A program made the position numbers and the translations under genes. From sequence record MN871445.1: a stretch of 64,000 bases of DNA. The stretch is one strand, 5' to 3'. The notes under the pieces were generated by a model. The model searched no databases and was not told the DNA's origin. It was given only the letters and a program-made list of their open reading frames with translations. Below, piece by piece: positions 27,321 through 37,011 of this stretch; positions within the stretch are counted from its first letter, which is position 1, and each line of letters starts with the position of its first letter.

Positions 27321-29207
27321 ATGAGTATTAACGACGCTCGCAATCCTGGTAACAACGACGCTGCTCAAGAACGTGCTCACACTGCGGCGCCGCAGTTTGA
27401 CGAGTCTCAAGTGCGCCAGGCTGCTCCGCATCGCAAAACCATTACCGGTAAAGGCGGTGTGAACGCACTCCTGTCCCGTCGTCTCAACCGCGTAGGCGGT
27501 AACGAAGACATCAGCAAAATCGCTGAAATGATGCGCAGCTATCTGCGCAGCCAACTGGATGAACGCTATGTTCCGACTTTCATCATTGTCGACGGCGCTA
27601 CTTACGACCTGGCGGTATCCGCCATCGTCCCGACAGTGCTACTGACCGTACGCGGTGTTAAAACGGTGCTGGCTTATCCGATTCTCGTCGAGCCGCGCGA
27701 TCGTTCCATGGACACTGTCCGTACCGTCCGTGAAAACAACCGCGAACTGTCTCTGCCGGTGGTGACCTCTGATTTCTACGATAATCGTACCGAAGAGAAA
27801 ATCCACAATTCTATCGCTCGTCAGTTCAGCCTGAACCCGGCCGATAGCGACATCAAACTGATCGGTTATTGCACCCTGCCGGTTGAAGTATCTTCCGACG
27901 ATAAATCTGAAATCGAAGACCTGGCCGCCAACGTATTCTCGGCGCTGGAATCCTGGGTCCGCGAACAACCTGGTTCTGAAGAGCCGCGTTTCAACCTGGC
28001 AGAAATCGACAATACCCAAACTCGCTTCACCGGCAAACTGGATTTCTCTCCGGCGCCGATCAAAACTCTGACTGGCCTGCCCGTCCGTAACGACGTGACC
28101 ATCACCACCAAAATGCGTGATATCACGGTCGACAGTCTGCACAGCCAATCCGGCGTTCTGTCCGAAGTGAGCGGTTATATGGACCTGCTCTACGTCGATC
28201 CGCAGATGGAACAAAACCAGTACACTCGTCAGATGTATCTGAACCCGGCGTGCTACCTCCCGAACTTCGTGATTTCTCATCAGGAAATTCTGGTTAACGC
28301 CGTGACTCCGGAACTGGTTCTGTTCGGCCTGGCATCTGCACGTCTGATGCAGCAACCGAACAACGCATTCTACAATGCGTTCAAACCACGCCATGGCGTC
28401 AAAAACGATACCCGTGATATCGGGGCTATCGGTTACGAGTTCGATCCGACTGGCGAAGGCAAAGGCCTCAAAGCGCCTATCGATACCGCAGACTCGACTT
28501 TCAACCTGCAGACTCTTCTGAGCACTGCATTCCGCCCGGGCATGCTGTACAGCCTGGATGTGGTTGACGGCGGTGAGTATTCCTGGGTATACGAAGCGCT
28601 GGTGTATGCTGCGAATGGCGATGCCGCTGCAGAAAACGATGTAATTCAGTACGCAGATAACCTGACCAACGGCCATTTCCGTGCGCTGTGGAACCCGGTT
28701 GAAAACCGCGTTGCGGTAGATTCCGGCGACCTGATTCCGATCGGTTACTACATCGATCCGGAAGGCCAACGTAAAGACCTGCGTGACATCGACTATCTGG
28801 CGCTGCTGAACATGTTCGGTGGTAGTGACATGGACCTGGTTTATCGCTGGTCTGAAACCTTCGGTAATGCAAGTCAATCTCCGCAGCAACGTCTGGATGC
28901 ACGTGTACGTATCCTGAAATCGCTGCTGAACAACAACCTGTTCATCAAACGTATCGCCCATCGCATCACCCTGACCCCGGCGTTCATCGACGTGCTGGCT
29001 ACCGCTATTTCCAAAGCGGGTATCACGATCGTTCCGGAAACCGTGTTCAGCGAACAGCAGACCTATACCCGTGGGTCTACTACCCTGGCTAACTACGCGC
29101 TTACTGGTGGCCAGTCCCCGCTGTTCGCGGGTACCCAGCAGCCGTCCGTAGCCGGTTACAGTTCTGTATACCAGCCGCGTGGCGCAGGCGGCCGTTTCGG
29201 CGGTTAA
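27321..29207 (+). CDS. chmA: chimallin, phage nuclear shell protein
   Basis: 628 aa; LLSRRLNR, G.PVRND.TIT, GYMDLLY, GGEYSW, IP.GYY..P.G..KDLRDID features shared with chimallins; immediately upstream of nvRNAP beta'; early promoters; optimal codons. Confidence 0.93.
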   Translation: MSINDARNPGNNDAAQERAHTAAPQFDESQVRQAAPHRKTITGKGGVNALLSRRLNRVGGNEDISKIAEMMRSYLRSQLDERYVPTFIIVDGATYDLAVSAIVPTVLLTVRGVKTVLAYPILVEPRDRSMDTVRTVRENNRELSLPVVTSDFYDNRTEEKIHNSIARQFSLNPADSDIKLIGYCTLPVEVSSDDKSEIEDLAANVFSALESWVREQPGSEEPRFNLAEIDNTQTRFTGKLDFSPAPIKTLTGLPVRNDVTITTKMRDITVDSLHSQSGVLSEVSGYMDLLYVDPQMEQNQYTRQMYLNPACYLPNFVISHQEILVNAVTPELVLFGLASARLMQQPNNAFYNAFKPRHGVKNDTRDIGAIGYEFDPTGEGKGLKAPIDTADSTFNLQTLLSTAFRPGMLYSLDVVDGGEYSWVYEALVYAANGDAAAENDVIQYADNLTNGHFRALWNPVENRVAVDSGDLIPIGYYIDPEGQRKDLRDIDYLALLNMFGGSDMDLVYRWSETFGNASQSPQQRLDARVRILKSLLNNNLFIKRIAHRITLTPAFIDVLATAISKAGITIVPETVFSEQQTYTRGSTTLANYALTGGQSPLFAGTQQPSVAGYSSVYQPRGAGGRFGG

Positions 29208-29221
29208 GTCTGAAGTAACGT

Positions 29222-29260
29222 CATAATAGCGGGAGGGGTAAAACCCTCCCGCTTTATTTC
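29222..29260 (+). terminator. hairpin after chmA
   Basis: gcgggagggg-taaaa-ccctcccgc-tttattt. Confidence 0.75.
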
Positions 29261-29300
29261 CCACAGCTTCTTTTTTTAGTTAAGCAAACAAAGGGTAATC

Positions 29301-30860
29301 ATGGAAATAAAAGAATTCATCCCTACGAAACGCGCCCCGTATGGGTATGCGGCTTCGACCGGATGCGATATCTATTATGACCCCAGAAGGAAAGGTGTTT
29401 ATCCGGAAATAGCGAATCATGAAGCAACCTTAGCTCGGTTACGCGGCACCCCTATTTTCATCAATGATATCGACACCTCCACCGCTGAAGGTCAGGATAA
29501 ACTTGATTCTCTTCTTTATACCAAATACGACGGCGGGAGTATCAGCATCCTCCCTAGTTGTGAATGTGGGGAAACTACTACTGTATCCAAACTAAATACG
29601 TATTGCCCTAACTGCTCGACAATTGTAGTCCCTCCATCCGAACGTCCAATAGAATCCAACCTCTGGATTCGGGCCCCAGAAGGAGTAAAAGCATTAATCA
29701 ACCCCCAAATGCTTATCATTTTATCGAAAGCGTTTACCATCAATGGTTGTAACTTTCTGGAATGGTTGCTAAATCCCACTTATAAAAATGGGACTCACAA
29801 CAACTTAAAGTTAGAACTTTTCAAAGCGTATAACTTCCCAAGAGGCATCAATGCTTTCTATGACAATTTTGACGACATAGTCACTGCGCTATTGGACCGG
29901 TCCATTTTCAATGGCAACAACTCCAAGCGATTAGAAGTGAAAATGTTCATCGAACAAAACAGGGATCGAGTATTTACTCGGTATATTCCAATACCCAACC
30001 GCATTCTGTTCATTACGGAAAAGGCGATCACTGCAACCTATGCCGACAAACACATGGCCTCGGCACTTGATGCGGTACGCACTATCTCCGATCTAAATCA
30101 ACACATGGAACCCCCGTCAATCCGTAGACGCGAATATGCTGCAGCAAAAGCATGCCTGCAACTAGCGTCGTATTACGTGATGCAGTATAAAAAGATTATC
30201 GGGGGTAAGTATGGGTTCTTGCGAAAACACTTGTTTGGTACTCGACAAGCGTATAGTTTCCGTGCAGTTATTAGTAGTTTGCACGAAGCACATCGCATGG
30301 ATGAACTACATATTCCGTGGGGGGTAGCGGTAGGGGTATTCAGGAAACATCTGGAGAGCAAACTGTTAAGGCGGGGGTATACTCCGAATGAAGCAGTAAA
30401 ACTTTTGTTCGACCATACCCTAACGTACCATCCATTGTTGGACACGCTGTTCAAAGAAATCATTGGCGACCACCCATCTGGGAAAGGGTTTCCATGTTAT
30501 TTCTTGCGTAACCCGACTCTGGACAGATTGTCAGGACAACTATTCCACATTACGTTAGTTAAACCAGATCCAAACATCAAAACGGTAAGTCTATCACTAA
30601 ACGTCATAGCGCCAATGAATGCTGATTTTGACGGCGATGCGCTTGGCGGATTACTCATACTCGACAAAAAGATGTATGAGCGTTTTGAGAGAACTTCTCA
30701 ACACACTGGGGTTCTAGACTTACAGAAAGCCAGAACACTATCCGGTAAAATAACTTTACCGAAACCTGTATTGGCAATTTATGCGAGTTGGATGCATGAA
30801 CCCCCAGCTGACGTAGAAGAAGCCAAGCTGTTCAAAAAGCTATTAGGACAGCATGATTAA
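29301..30860 (+). CDS. non-virion RNA polymerase beta' N-terminal subunit (phiKZ gp55-like)
   Basis: Zn-finger CECG..CPNC, RKHLFG.R, RAVI, RNPTL and the catalytic NADFDGD. Confidence 0.93.
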   Translation: MEIKEFIPTKRAPYGYAASTGCDIYYDPRRKGVYPEIANHEATLARLRGTPIFINDIDTSTAEGQDKLDSLLYTKYDGGSISILPSCECGETTTVSKLNTYCPNCSTIVVPPSERPIESNLWIRAPEGVKALINPQMLIILSKAFTINGCNFLEWLLNPTYKNGTHNNLKLELFKAYNFPRGINAFYDNFDDIVTALLDRSIFNGNNSKRLEVKMFIEQNRDRVFTRYIPIPNRILFITEKAITATYADKHMASALDAVRTISDLNQHMEPPSIRRREYAAAKACLQLASYYVMQYKKIIGGKYGFLRKHLFGTRQAYSFRAVISSLHEAHRMDELHIPWGVAVGVFRKHLESKLLRRGYTPNEAVKLLFDHTLTYHPLLDTLFKEIIGDHPSGKGFPCYFLRNPTLDRLSGQLFHITLVKPDPNIKTVSLSLNVIAPMNADFDGDALGGLLILDKKMYERFERTSQHTGVLDLQKARTLSGKITLPKPVLAIYASWMHEPPADVEEAKLFKKLLGQHD

Positions 30861-30869
30861 GGAGACAAC

Positions 30870-31517
30870 ATGGCACAACTGATATCGGGTGGTCCGAGCA
30901 CGATGGCGGCTTACCTGTTCGGTGAAAACCATCCCAATGTACAAAACTATCTGGAAACGGCGTATCAGCAAGCTCAAGAATCTATTACTGACATCGGTCA
31001 AGCAATGATTCAGGCCGGGCGGCAGTTGGCTGAACGCACAATAAATACGGGCGCTTTCCGACTGGCGCGGGCAGCACTACGCAAAGTGGGTTCTCTCGGG
31101 GTGCAGGATACTATCCAACCACTCGAGACCATCGGTGCGTTGCAGCACGCCCCTACGGCCATGATTCCCGTCATCATGAGTCATCCCGAAATTAAATCTC
31201 GGTATTTGATGGGGCGGTGTGAAGGGTACGGAGATGAGTGGGTTAACCCAACAGGGTCCGCAGTCGCTGGGGACGATCCATTATATCGGGCAGTTATGCA
31301 TACTGCCGTAATCGAACCTGATTCGGAATATGCTAAGTATGACCCTATTTTAGCAGAAGAAACTAACTGGGGGGCATGGCAATACTGGGACGATGTATCT
31401 GAAGATATAGGACTGACGGAAAACAACCGTCTGGACAGTCAGATTACCTATGACGCATTATGGTTAGCGGTAAAAGGTATCGACGATCCGACCTCACGTT
31501 GGAATGCTTCACTGTAA
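30870..31517 (+). CDS. conserved core protein (syntenic candidate for phiKZ gp59/Imp3)
   Basis: AGGAG RBS; directly after nvRNAP beta'N; assignment by synteny only. Confidence 0.45.
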   Translation: MAQLISGGPSTMAAYLFGENHPNVQNYLETAYQQAQESITDIGQAMIQAGRQLAERTINTGAFRLARAALRKVGSLGVQDTIQPLETIGALQHAPTAMIPVIMSHPEIKSRYLMGRCEGYGDEWVNPTGSAVAGDDPLYRAVMHTAVIEPDSEYAKYDPILAEETNWGAWQYWDDVSEDIGLTENNRLDSQITYDALWLAVKGIDDPTSRWNASL

Positions 31518-31597
31518 TGGTGTGTCTGGGAGGAGGGGCTTAGGCTCCTCCTCTTTTTTTACGGATTACCTTTATTTTTTGTCTGTGGAGCGTACTT

Positions 31598-31999
31598 ATG
31601 GCTAAAACAATACCTGTCCCTAGTTTATCCGTAGATGGTTGGATTATAACCCCTACTAAAAAAGTAGATAAATTGTTATGTTATTATTTTTTATCTGAGC
31701 CGTCGCAAAGTCAACTATACACTGTGATCTCACTACCCTCAGAAATTGCAAAGAAAGGAAACTGGCCGAATCAACTTAAAGAGTTGGTTAGCAACGATTT
31801 ACAAACCTTTTTTAGTGCCTATTTCACTGAAGGCGTAAGTGTATATGTTGAAATAAAAGACACTGATGATAATGGAAACCAAATATCACAATACAAAATT
31901 TATAGTCAAGTTATCGTCACCATTGCTGGACAAAAATATTCTGTGGCAAAAATGGCTACAGTATTAAATTCTCAGATTGTTAATCTCGCAGATGCATAG
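31598..31999 (+). CDS. conserved core protein, possibly gp25-like baseplate/sheath initiator
   Basis: 133 aa, PSLS..GW, size and beta-rich C-terminus; function is inferred. Confidence 0.45.
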   Translation: MAKTIPVPSLSVDGWIITPTKKVDKLLCYYFLSEPSQSQLYTVISLPSEIAKKGNWPNQLKELVSNDLQTFFSAYFTEGVSVYVEIKDTDDNGNQISQYKIYSQVIVTIAGQKYSVAKMATVLNSQIVNLADA

Positions 32000-32010
32000 A
32001 GGTAATCAAA

Positions 32011-32604
32011 ATGGCAAGTAAAGAAGATATCAAAATGGCAGTGGATTTAGGACTCAAGGCTGCTAACGCTTTGATTGGTTCTGCCGAAGAAATGCGCCGG
32101 GGTATCTACATCGATGAATTTCGCCAGATGTACTTGCCTATTTTGGCCACCCCAGGTTCAGATTGGTCTCCATGGTTCAGATTCGTAACTGACCCCCGTG
32201 CCGTCACTGATGTTTATGACCGCTCGGGTAAGCTGATGTATACCGTTCCGGCGATGGCAGTGCCTATCGGCACCCAGGTTAGTGGTGACCGGGGTGAATC
32301 CTACTACGATAAAATCCAAAGGGTAATGTTAGTTGCCAGAAATAACCCCAAGGCAGCCATCGCGATGCAGGAACAAGCCATGCATGATGCGGTAGTTGGT
32401 GGCGGGGGCAATAAACATATTTTGGATAATCGAATTAAACTCAACAAAATCCTGGTGGCTGAAGGGTACCCCCCATTACCGATTCCAGGGACCAATGGGT
32501 TTACTGGAATTACTGAAAAAGATACTCAGCCCAACACAGAAAACCAGACAACAAACGAAACTTTAGCGAAGGCCAAATACACCGATGAGTACGACGAGCT
32601 CTGA
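32011..32604 (+). CDS. conserved hypothetical protein
   Basis: GAGGT RBS; 197 aa. Confidence 0.7.
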   Translation: MASKEDIKMAVDLGLKAANALIGSAEEMRRGIYIDEFRQMYLPILATPGSDWSPWFRFVTDPRAVTDVYDRSGKLMYTVPAMAVPIGTQVSGDRGESYYDKIQRVMLVARNNPKAAIAMQEQAMHDAVVGGGGNKHILDNRIKLNKILVAEGYPPLPIPGTNGFTGITEKDTQPNTENQTTNETLAKAKYTDEYDEL

Positions 32605-33718
32605 TACAACAATAGCTTCATTTCACGATGTTCATTTTGGGCATCCAAATACGCGCTATGATAACATTATTCGTGGGATGGAAAAAGACATTTGTGCATC
32701 AGATCCGTTTATTCGTAACCTGACCTATTTGTTTTATCCTGGCGATGTTTTTGACCGGTTATTAATTTTACCGGAACAGGGAATCCCGGCGATCCGCCGG
32801 GAGTTCAGACGCCAACTAGAAATATGTCAAGCTTACGGTATTTCTGTTCGTGTATTAGAAGGCACCCCGTCCCACGACTGGCATCAATCTAAATTGATAT
32901 TAAGTGTCGCTGAAGAAATGGGGTTTACTGGTGATTTAAAGTACGTCGATACTTTGTGTGTCGAAATCACGCCCAAAGGCCACAGCATTTTGTATGTTCC
33001 TGACGAGTGGCGTACCGATCTCCAACAAACCTATCTGGAAGCCCTGGAGGCGATTAAAGCTGCTGGATTAGAACAGGTGGATTATTGTTTATTCCACGGT
33101 CAATTTACCCATCAGTTTCCTCCGGAGTGGCAGGTAGGGTGTCATGATGTCGATGCCTGGCAGTTATTGGTAAAGCATTATCTTTTTGCAGGGCATATCC
33201 ACACACCATCTAAAAAAGGAAAGATTATTGTTGCGGGGTCCTATGACCGACTGCGACATGGTGAGGAACACCCGAAAGGACATTACCGGGTAACGGTAAA
33301 AAGGGATGGGGATGACGTTATTGAATTTATTGAGAATAAAGAAGCAAAAACTTATTTGACTCTTGATGTCAGTGGACAAAGCGTCGAATCCATTTATGGT
33401 TATGTTGAATCGAAAATACATGGGCTTCCGGTTAATTCTTTTATTCGGATAAGCGGCAATCGAGACCAAAGTCTAAGAATGGTCAAGAAAGCACTTACTG
33501 ATAATTATCCCGAATATAGATGGGATATTATGTTTGAAAAAACAAAAAAGCAACCGAAAACAGTAAGTCTAGATTCCACACCCATACAAAAAACTACCGT
33601 GACCCTAGGGGCGTTAGAAGATGCAATACTGCAACGTTTAGAACAATCTGGCCTATCTCCTAATGTGATAGACCACGCCAAACAACTATATAAGGACAGC
33701 AAACATGAGTTTGCGTGA
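32585..33718 (+). CDS. SbcD/Mre11-like metallophosphoesterase nuclease
   Basis: DVHFG, GDVFD, GTPSHD, HG and GHIH motifs. Confidence 0.9.
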   Translation: MSTTSSDTTIASFHDVHFGHPNTRYDNIIRGMEKDICASDPFIRNLTYLFYPGDVFDRLLILPEQGIPAIRREFRRQLEICQAYGISVRVLEGTPSHDWHQSKLILSVAEEMGFTGDLKYVDTLCVEITPKGHSILYVPDEWRTDLQQTYLEALEAIKAAGLEQVDYCLFHGQFTHQFPPEWQVGCHDVDAWQLLVKHYLFAGHIHTPSKKGKIIVAGSYDRLRHGEEHPKGHYRVTVKRDGDDVIEFIENKEAKTYLTLDVSGQSVESIYGYVESKIHGLPVNSFIRISGNRDQSLRMVKKALTDNYPEYRWDIMFEKTKKQPKTVSLDSTPIQKTTVTLGALEDAILQRLEQSGLSPNVIDHAKQLYKDSKHEFA

Positions 33719-34523
33719 TTTTTCTTTACGGGAGATGGGTGCAATACCCATCTCCATTGGGACAAGCTTGGCTATAGAAGCATTACGTCAACCCAACGTA
33801 CCCAACTACGACGCACTCTGGGTAAATTTAAGAACACTGTTTCGCAATCTAATGTCATGTGTTCCCACTCATGTCCGTGACGACGCCAACGATAGAGATG
33901 TATCTACCGTACTCGAAGAAGAGATGGGGCATATCGCTGAAGCAGTAGCTATACTCAGTAATGGCACCAAAGCCGTTAAGTGGTACATGAGTAAACCAGA
34001 AACGTTGGTCAAAATACTACCAGACGCCATTATAAGGGCACCCAAAACAAATCTACAAAAGTCTCAGGCTGCCTTATGCGATGCTGTGTTAGGTAGGCTG
34101 ATTGCAAAATATCAGAAAGATATCCAGGTATTTTCTCCGATTATGTATGGGCAAGGGAAAGCCATGGTACTTACTCATTTCCCCGAAGACCTGTTGAGTC
34201 GCAAGCATTTCTCTGAAATGTATTTATTAGAGTCCCACACAGGTAAAATAAAAGGACATGATGAATTCAATACAAAACTCGGAGATATCGATCAATATCC
34301 TAAACTCCCATTTAATGGATTTACGCTAACAATATTTGGTGATAAGCAAGTATTGATTTATCAGATGCCAAATAAAATCAGGACCATGGTGTTAGAGGTG
34401 GCTAAGAAAGCTGACTGGACTCCAATGACCACCAAGGATAGAATGTTGTTAACGTTAAACACCATAAAAAATCAATACGACCGTGAAGTACTTAAAAGCA
34501 TTTTAATGAAATGCAAGTATTGA
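33705..34523 (+). CDS. FEN/T4 RNase H-like (PIN-fold) conserved protein
   Basis: LWVNLRTLFRN resembles FEN motif I; LTH.P.D and ESHTG conserved blocks. Confidence 0.5.
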   Translation: MSLRDFSLREMGAIPISIGTSLAIEALRQPNVPNYDALWVNLRTLFRNLMSCVPTHVRDDANDRDVSTVLEEEMGHIAEAVAILSNGTKAVKWYMSKPETLVKILPDAIIRAPKTNLQKSQAALCDAVLGRLIAKYQKDIQVFSPIMYGQGKAMVLTHFPEDLLSRKHFSEMYLLESHTGKIKGHDEFNTKLGDIDQYPKLPFNGFTLTIFGDKQVLIYQMPNKIRTMVLEVAKKADWTPMTTKDRMLLTLNTIKNQYDREVLKSILMKCKY

Positions 34524-34585
34524 TTTTTTACCGTAGATAACCATCATTTGTACTGTTATCACTATAAATAAGGAATCACACCACC

Positions 34586-35281
34586 ATGGCCGACCAACCA
34601 ATTAAACGCCAAACGTACCTCGATGACCTGCGAGCTAAGCTGTTCGCTAAGCCACTGCAGGGAGGTACTAAACGTCCTATTCTGACTTTTGGTTATGTTA
34701 CTCGGAAGTACGATACCAACTGCGCAGAAATCAAAATCAAAACTAACGTCCCGAACGATGCAGATAACGGGCAGATTAAAGTGGTCGTACCCGTGCCGGA
34801 TCTGTTTGGTTATTTCCGAGCAATCCAAAATATGGCGACCCAATCCGGAAAACAGGAACGTAGTTTCCGGGTGTATTCTACCTTCGCAAAAGGCGGTAAA
34901 GTAGATCCGTATCCGTCGGCCATGATCCACCTGGGCAAAGAAGACGACGGTCGCATGTATATTGCGGTGACTAAAAAGAACCGACCGAACATTAAGTTCT
35001 ACATGTGTCCGGACGAAATGTATCGCCTGGTTGTAAATGGCGAAGAAATGACCACCGAACAAACTTACGCCGAATACGCGCTGGGTTATATTGACATGAT
35101 TCGCGGTATTTATCAGACCATCATGGACCGCGATTACGTGCCGTGGGAAAACCCGCATAACAACGGCGGTGGCGGTCAACGTGGCAATGGTGGAAATGGC
35201 GGTAACTGGAATGGGGGTGGTAACTCCAATTCGGGTGGCGGTCAATCAAACAACAGTTACGATGATGATGTTTGGGGTTGA
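34586..35281 (+). CDS. chmC: ChmC / Imp6-like nucleus-associated RNA-binding protein (Whirly-like fold)
   Basis: directly upstream of the gp68-like subunit and picA, as in PhiPA3/Goslar; Gly/Asn-rich disordered C-tail. Confidence 0.75.
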   Translation: MADQPIKRQTYLDDLRAKLFAKPLQGGTKRPILTFGYVTRKYDTNCAEIKIKTNVPNDADNGQIKVVVPVPDLFGYFRAIQNMATQSGKQERSFRVYSTFAKGGKVDPYPSAMIHLGKEDDGRMYIAVTKKNRPNIKFYMCPDEMYRLVVNGEEMTTEQTYAEYALGYIDMIRGIYQTIMDRDYVPWENPHNNGGGGQRGNGGNGGNWNGGGNSNSGGGQSNNSYDDDVWG

Positions 35282-35283
35282 CG

Positions 35284-35322
35284 TCATATACGGGAGGGCT
35301 TTTGCCCTCCCTTTATGCCGTA
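35284..35322 (+). terminator. hairpin with CATA/TATG flanks
   Basis: cgtcatatac-gggagggc-tttt-gccctccc-tttatgccg. Confidence 0.8.
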
Positions 35323-35382
35323 TTACCTAAAAGGTAGTTTCTTACAGACGGTCGCCATGTTATACGTAGTAAAAGGATGCAT

Positions 35383-35412
35383 TCAAAAAACTTAAACACC
35401 TATATTACTATT
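35383..35412 (+). promoter_or_regulatory. early promoter
   Basis: aaaaaacttaaacacc-TATATTAC. Confidence 0.78.
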
Positions 35413-35438
35413 GGGACTATCTGTATAAGGGGATATCC

Positions 35439-36986
35439 ATGCAAATGACACTAGCTCCGTATTCTAACGGAGTGTCTGAAATCACAGTCAGTCATAGGCA
35501 GCAATCCATTACGTTTAAAGGTACGACGTATAATCGCACCATCCTCAAAGAAAAAGAAGCATTCTTTCAGGACATTAATGCGTATTGGGATAGTTTGCCC
35601 ATGTCGACCCAGGATGCCATATGGGCCACGTATTTGGAATTGGATCGTGCATTTGTTTCAGAAGAAGGTACCAACAGTGTACACAAAACACTCCATCAAC
35701 TACTCCTGCAATTGTATCAGTACCACAGCATGGACAGCTTTCGGTATTGGATACGTTTCAAATCCCGTGTCAAATATCCCCCCGATTTAAAAGAAAAATA
35801 CAGTCCAGAATACCCCAAAGAAATGACCTACCTGCTAGAAGACTATCGCGGTCTATTGGCATTGACTTTGGGTTTGCGGATCGTGCTACCAATTGTGTTA
35901 CGTTATACCTTGGCGGTAGAGCGTGAACAAAAAGGAAAGTATAAAGAGTTCATGTGCCTCAAGTTGCTTGAGGGTACTGAGTTAATGAATTCACCGGAAA
36001 TGGCACAGATCAAAGGTTACGTTACCGCGGCCGCTAACGTCAATGAGAAACCGCCATCAATGTCGGCGATACTGGGTGGGTTGGGGTCTACACAAATCCC
36101 AATGTTCTTCCTGGCGCACGCCATCATTCGGCGGGTTATCGTTAGTGAGCTGAAAACCGAAGGGGACCCAGTTAACATAGTTTCGAATGTGTGGAACTTT
36201 GTTTCTCAAATGGATTTGGATAAACGTTTCGGTGGGGCTACAAAGGATAAGAACCCGACTGGCGCAGTGGCTGAGGATGATAAACAATCAGTCGCTGAGA
36301 TTTATAAGAATAAGGAACGTATCTCTGCGTCTTCACCAGTGACGGAAACTGTGTTTGTTGGTATGTATCTAAGTGCCAAGAAATACATCGATCCTACCAT
36401 GGATGATGATCTAGCCGAAATGCTTTGGGCCCATCATAAACAACTGAAATCGTTCGACCCTGAACCTTGGCAGCTGGTGTTGATGGGTTGGGTGTTGGCA
36501 CCACAAGTAACGTTTAAAACCAGGGACTATTTAGAACCTGAGGATCGCAATCGGGGGATTGCTATCGCACAAGCGTTATTGTGGCATTGGGGATTCCCGC
36601 AGCTGGCTGCGTTGTTGACCGCTACAAGAGCAGTACCCATCCACTTCGAAGGAGCGTCGCAATCCAGTGCACAACTTTCCATCATGAAGCGAGCCTGGCG
36701 TGGACCTACCGAAGAAATGGTGCGTGAAATTAATGAACAATACCCACATCACAAGTTGATACGCAATAAGTTCGATCCAAATCAATCGAACTATGCGGTG
36801 GTAGCCATCAATGAGTTGTTCTCCATGGTGGTCTCAGGGGATTGGGATTTGAACTGCCCGCGGTCGTTGATTGATGTTTGTGGGATGTCTGAAGATTTAT
36901 CGGGATATGCCCCACCGACCGATCTGAAATATCAGCTGTATGATTTTGTTATAAAGAACAACCGCCGTAAAAGCGGAAAACAGTAA
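35439..36986 (+). CDS. nvRNAP promoter-specificity (sigma-like) subunit, phiKZ gp68-like
   Basis: 515 aa, early promoter, position between chmC and picA, LWHWGF.QLA C-terminal block. Confidence 0.75.
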   Translation: MQMTLAPYSNGVSEITVSHRQQSITFKGTTYNRTILKEKEAFFQDINAYWDSLPMSTQDAIWATYLELDRAFVSEEGTNSVHKTLHQLLLQLYQYHSMDSFRYWIRFKSRVKYPPDLKEKYSPEYPKEMTYLLEDYRGLLALTLGLRIVLPIVLRYTLAVEREQKGKYKEFMCLKLLEGTELMNSPEMAQIKGYVTAAANVNEKPPSMSAILGGLGSTQIPMFFLAHAIIRRVIVSELKTEGDPVNIVSNVWNFVSQMDLDKRFGGATKDKNPTGAVAEDDKQSVAEIYKNKERISASSPVTETVFVGMYLSAKKYIDPTMDDDLAEMLWAHHKQLKSFDPEPWQLVLMGWVLAPQVTFKTRDYLEPEDRNRGIAIAQALLWHWGFPQLAALLTATRAVPIHFEGASQSSAQLSIMKRAWRGPTEEMVREINEQYPHHKLIRNKFDPNQSNYAVVAINELFSMVVSGDWDLNCPRSLIDVCGMSEDLSGYAPPTDLKYQLYDFVIKNNRRKSGKQ

Positions 36987-37011
36987 AAATACTGATCCTG
37001 GAGCTATAAAA

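Noticed and set aside
27639-29264. 541-aa antisense ORF opposite chmA
   Set aside because: It is exactly in register with chmA. Stops are absent because chmA avoids TTA/CTA/TCA codons. There is no RBS and the composition is not protein-like.
34562-35245. 227-aa antisense ORF opposite chmC (likewise 17391-17915 opposite phuZ)
   Set aside because: Same shadow-ORF effect from strong codon bias.
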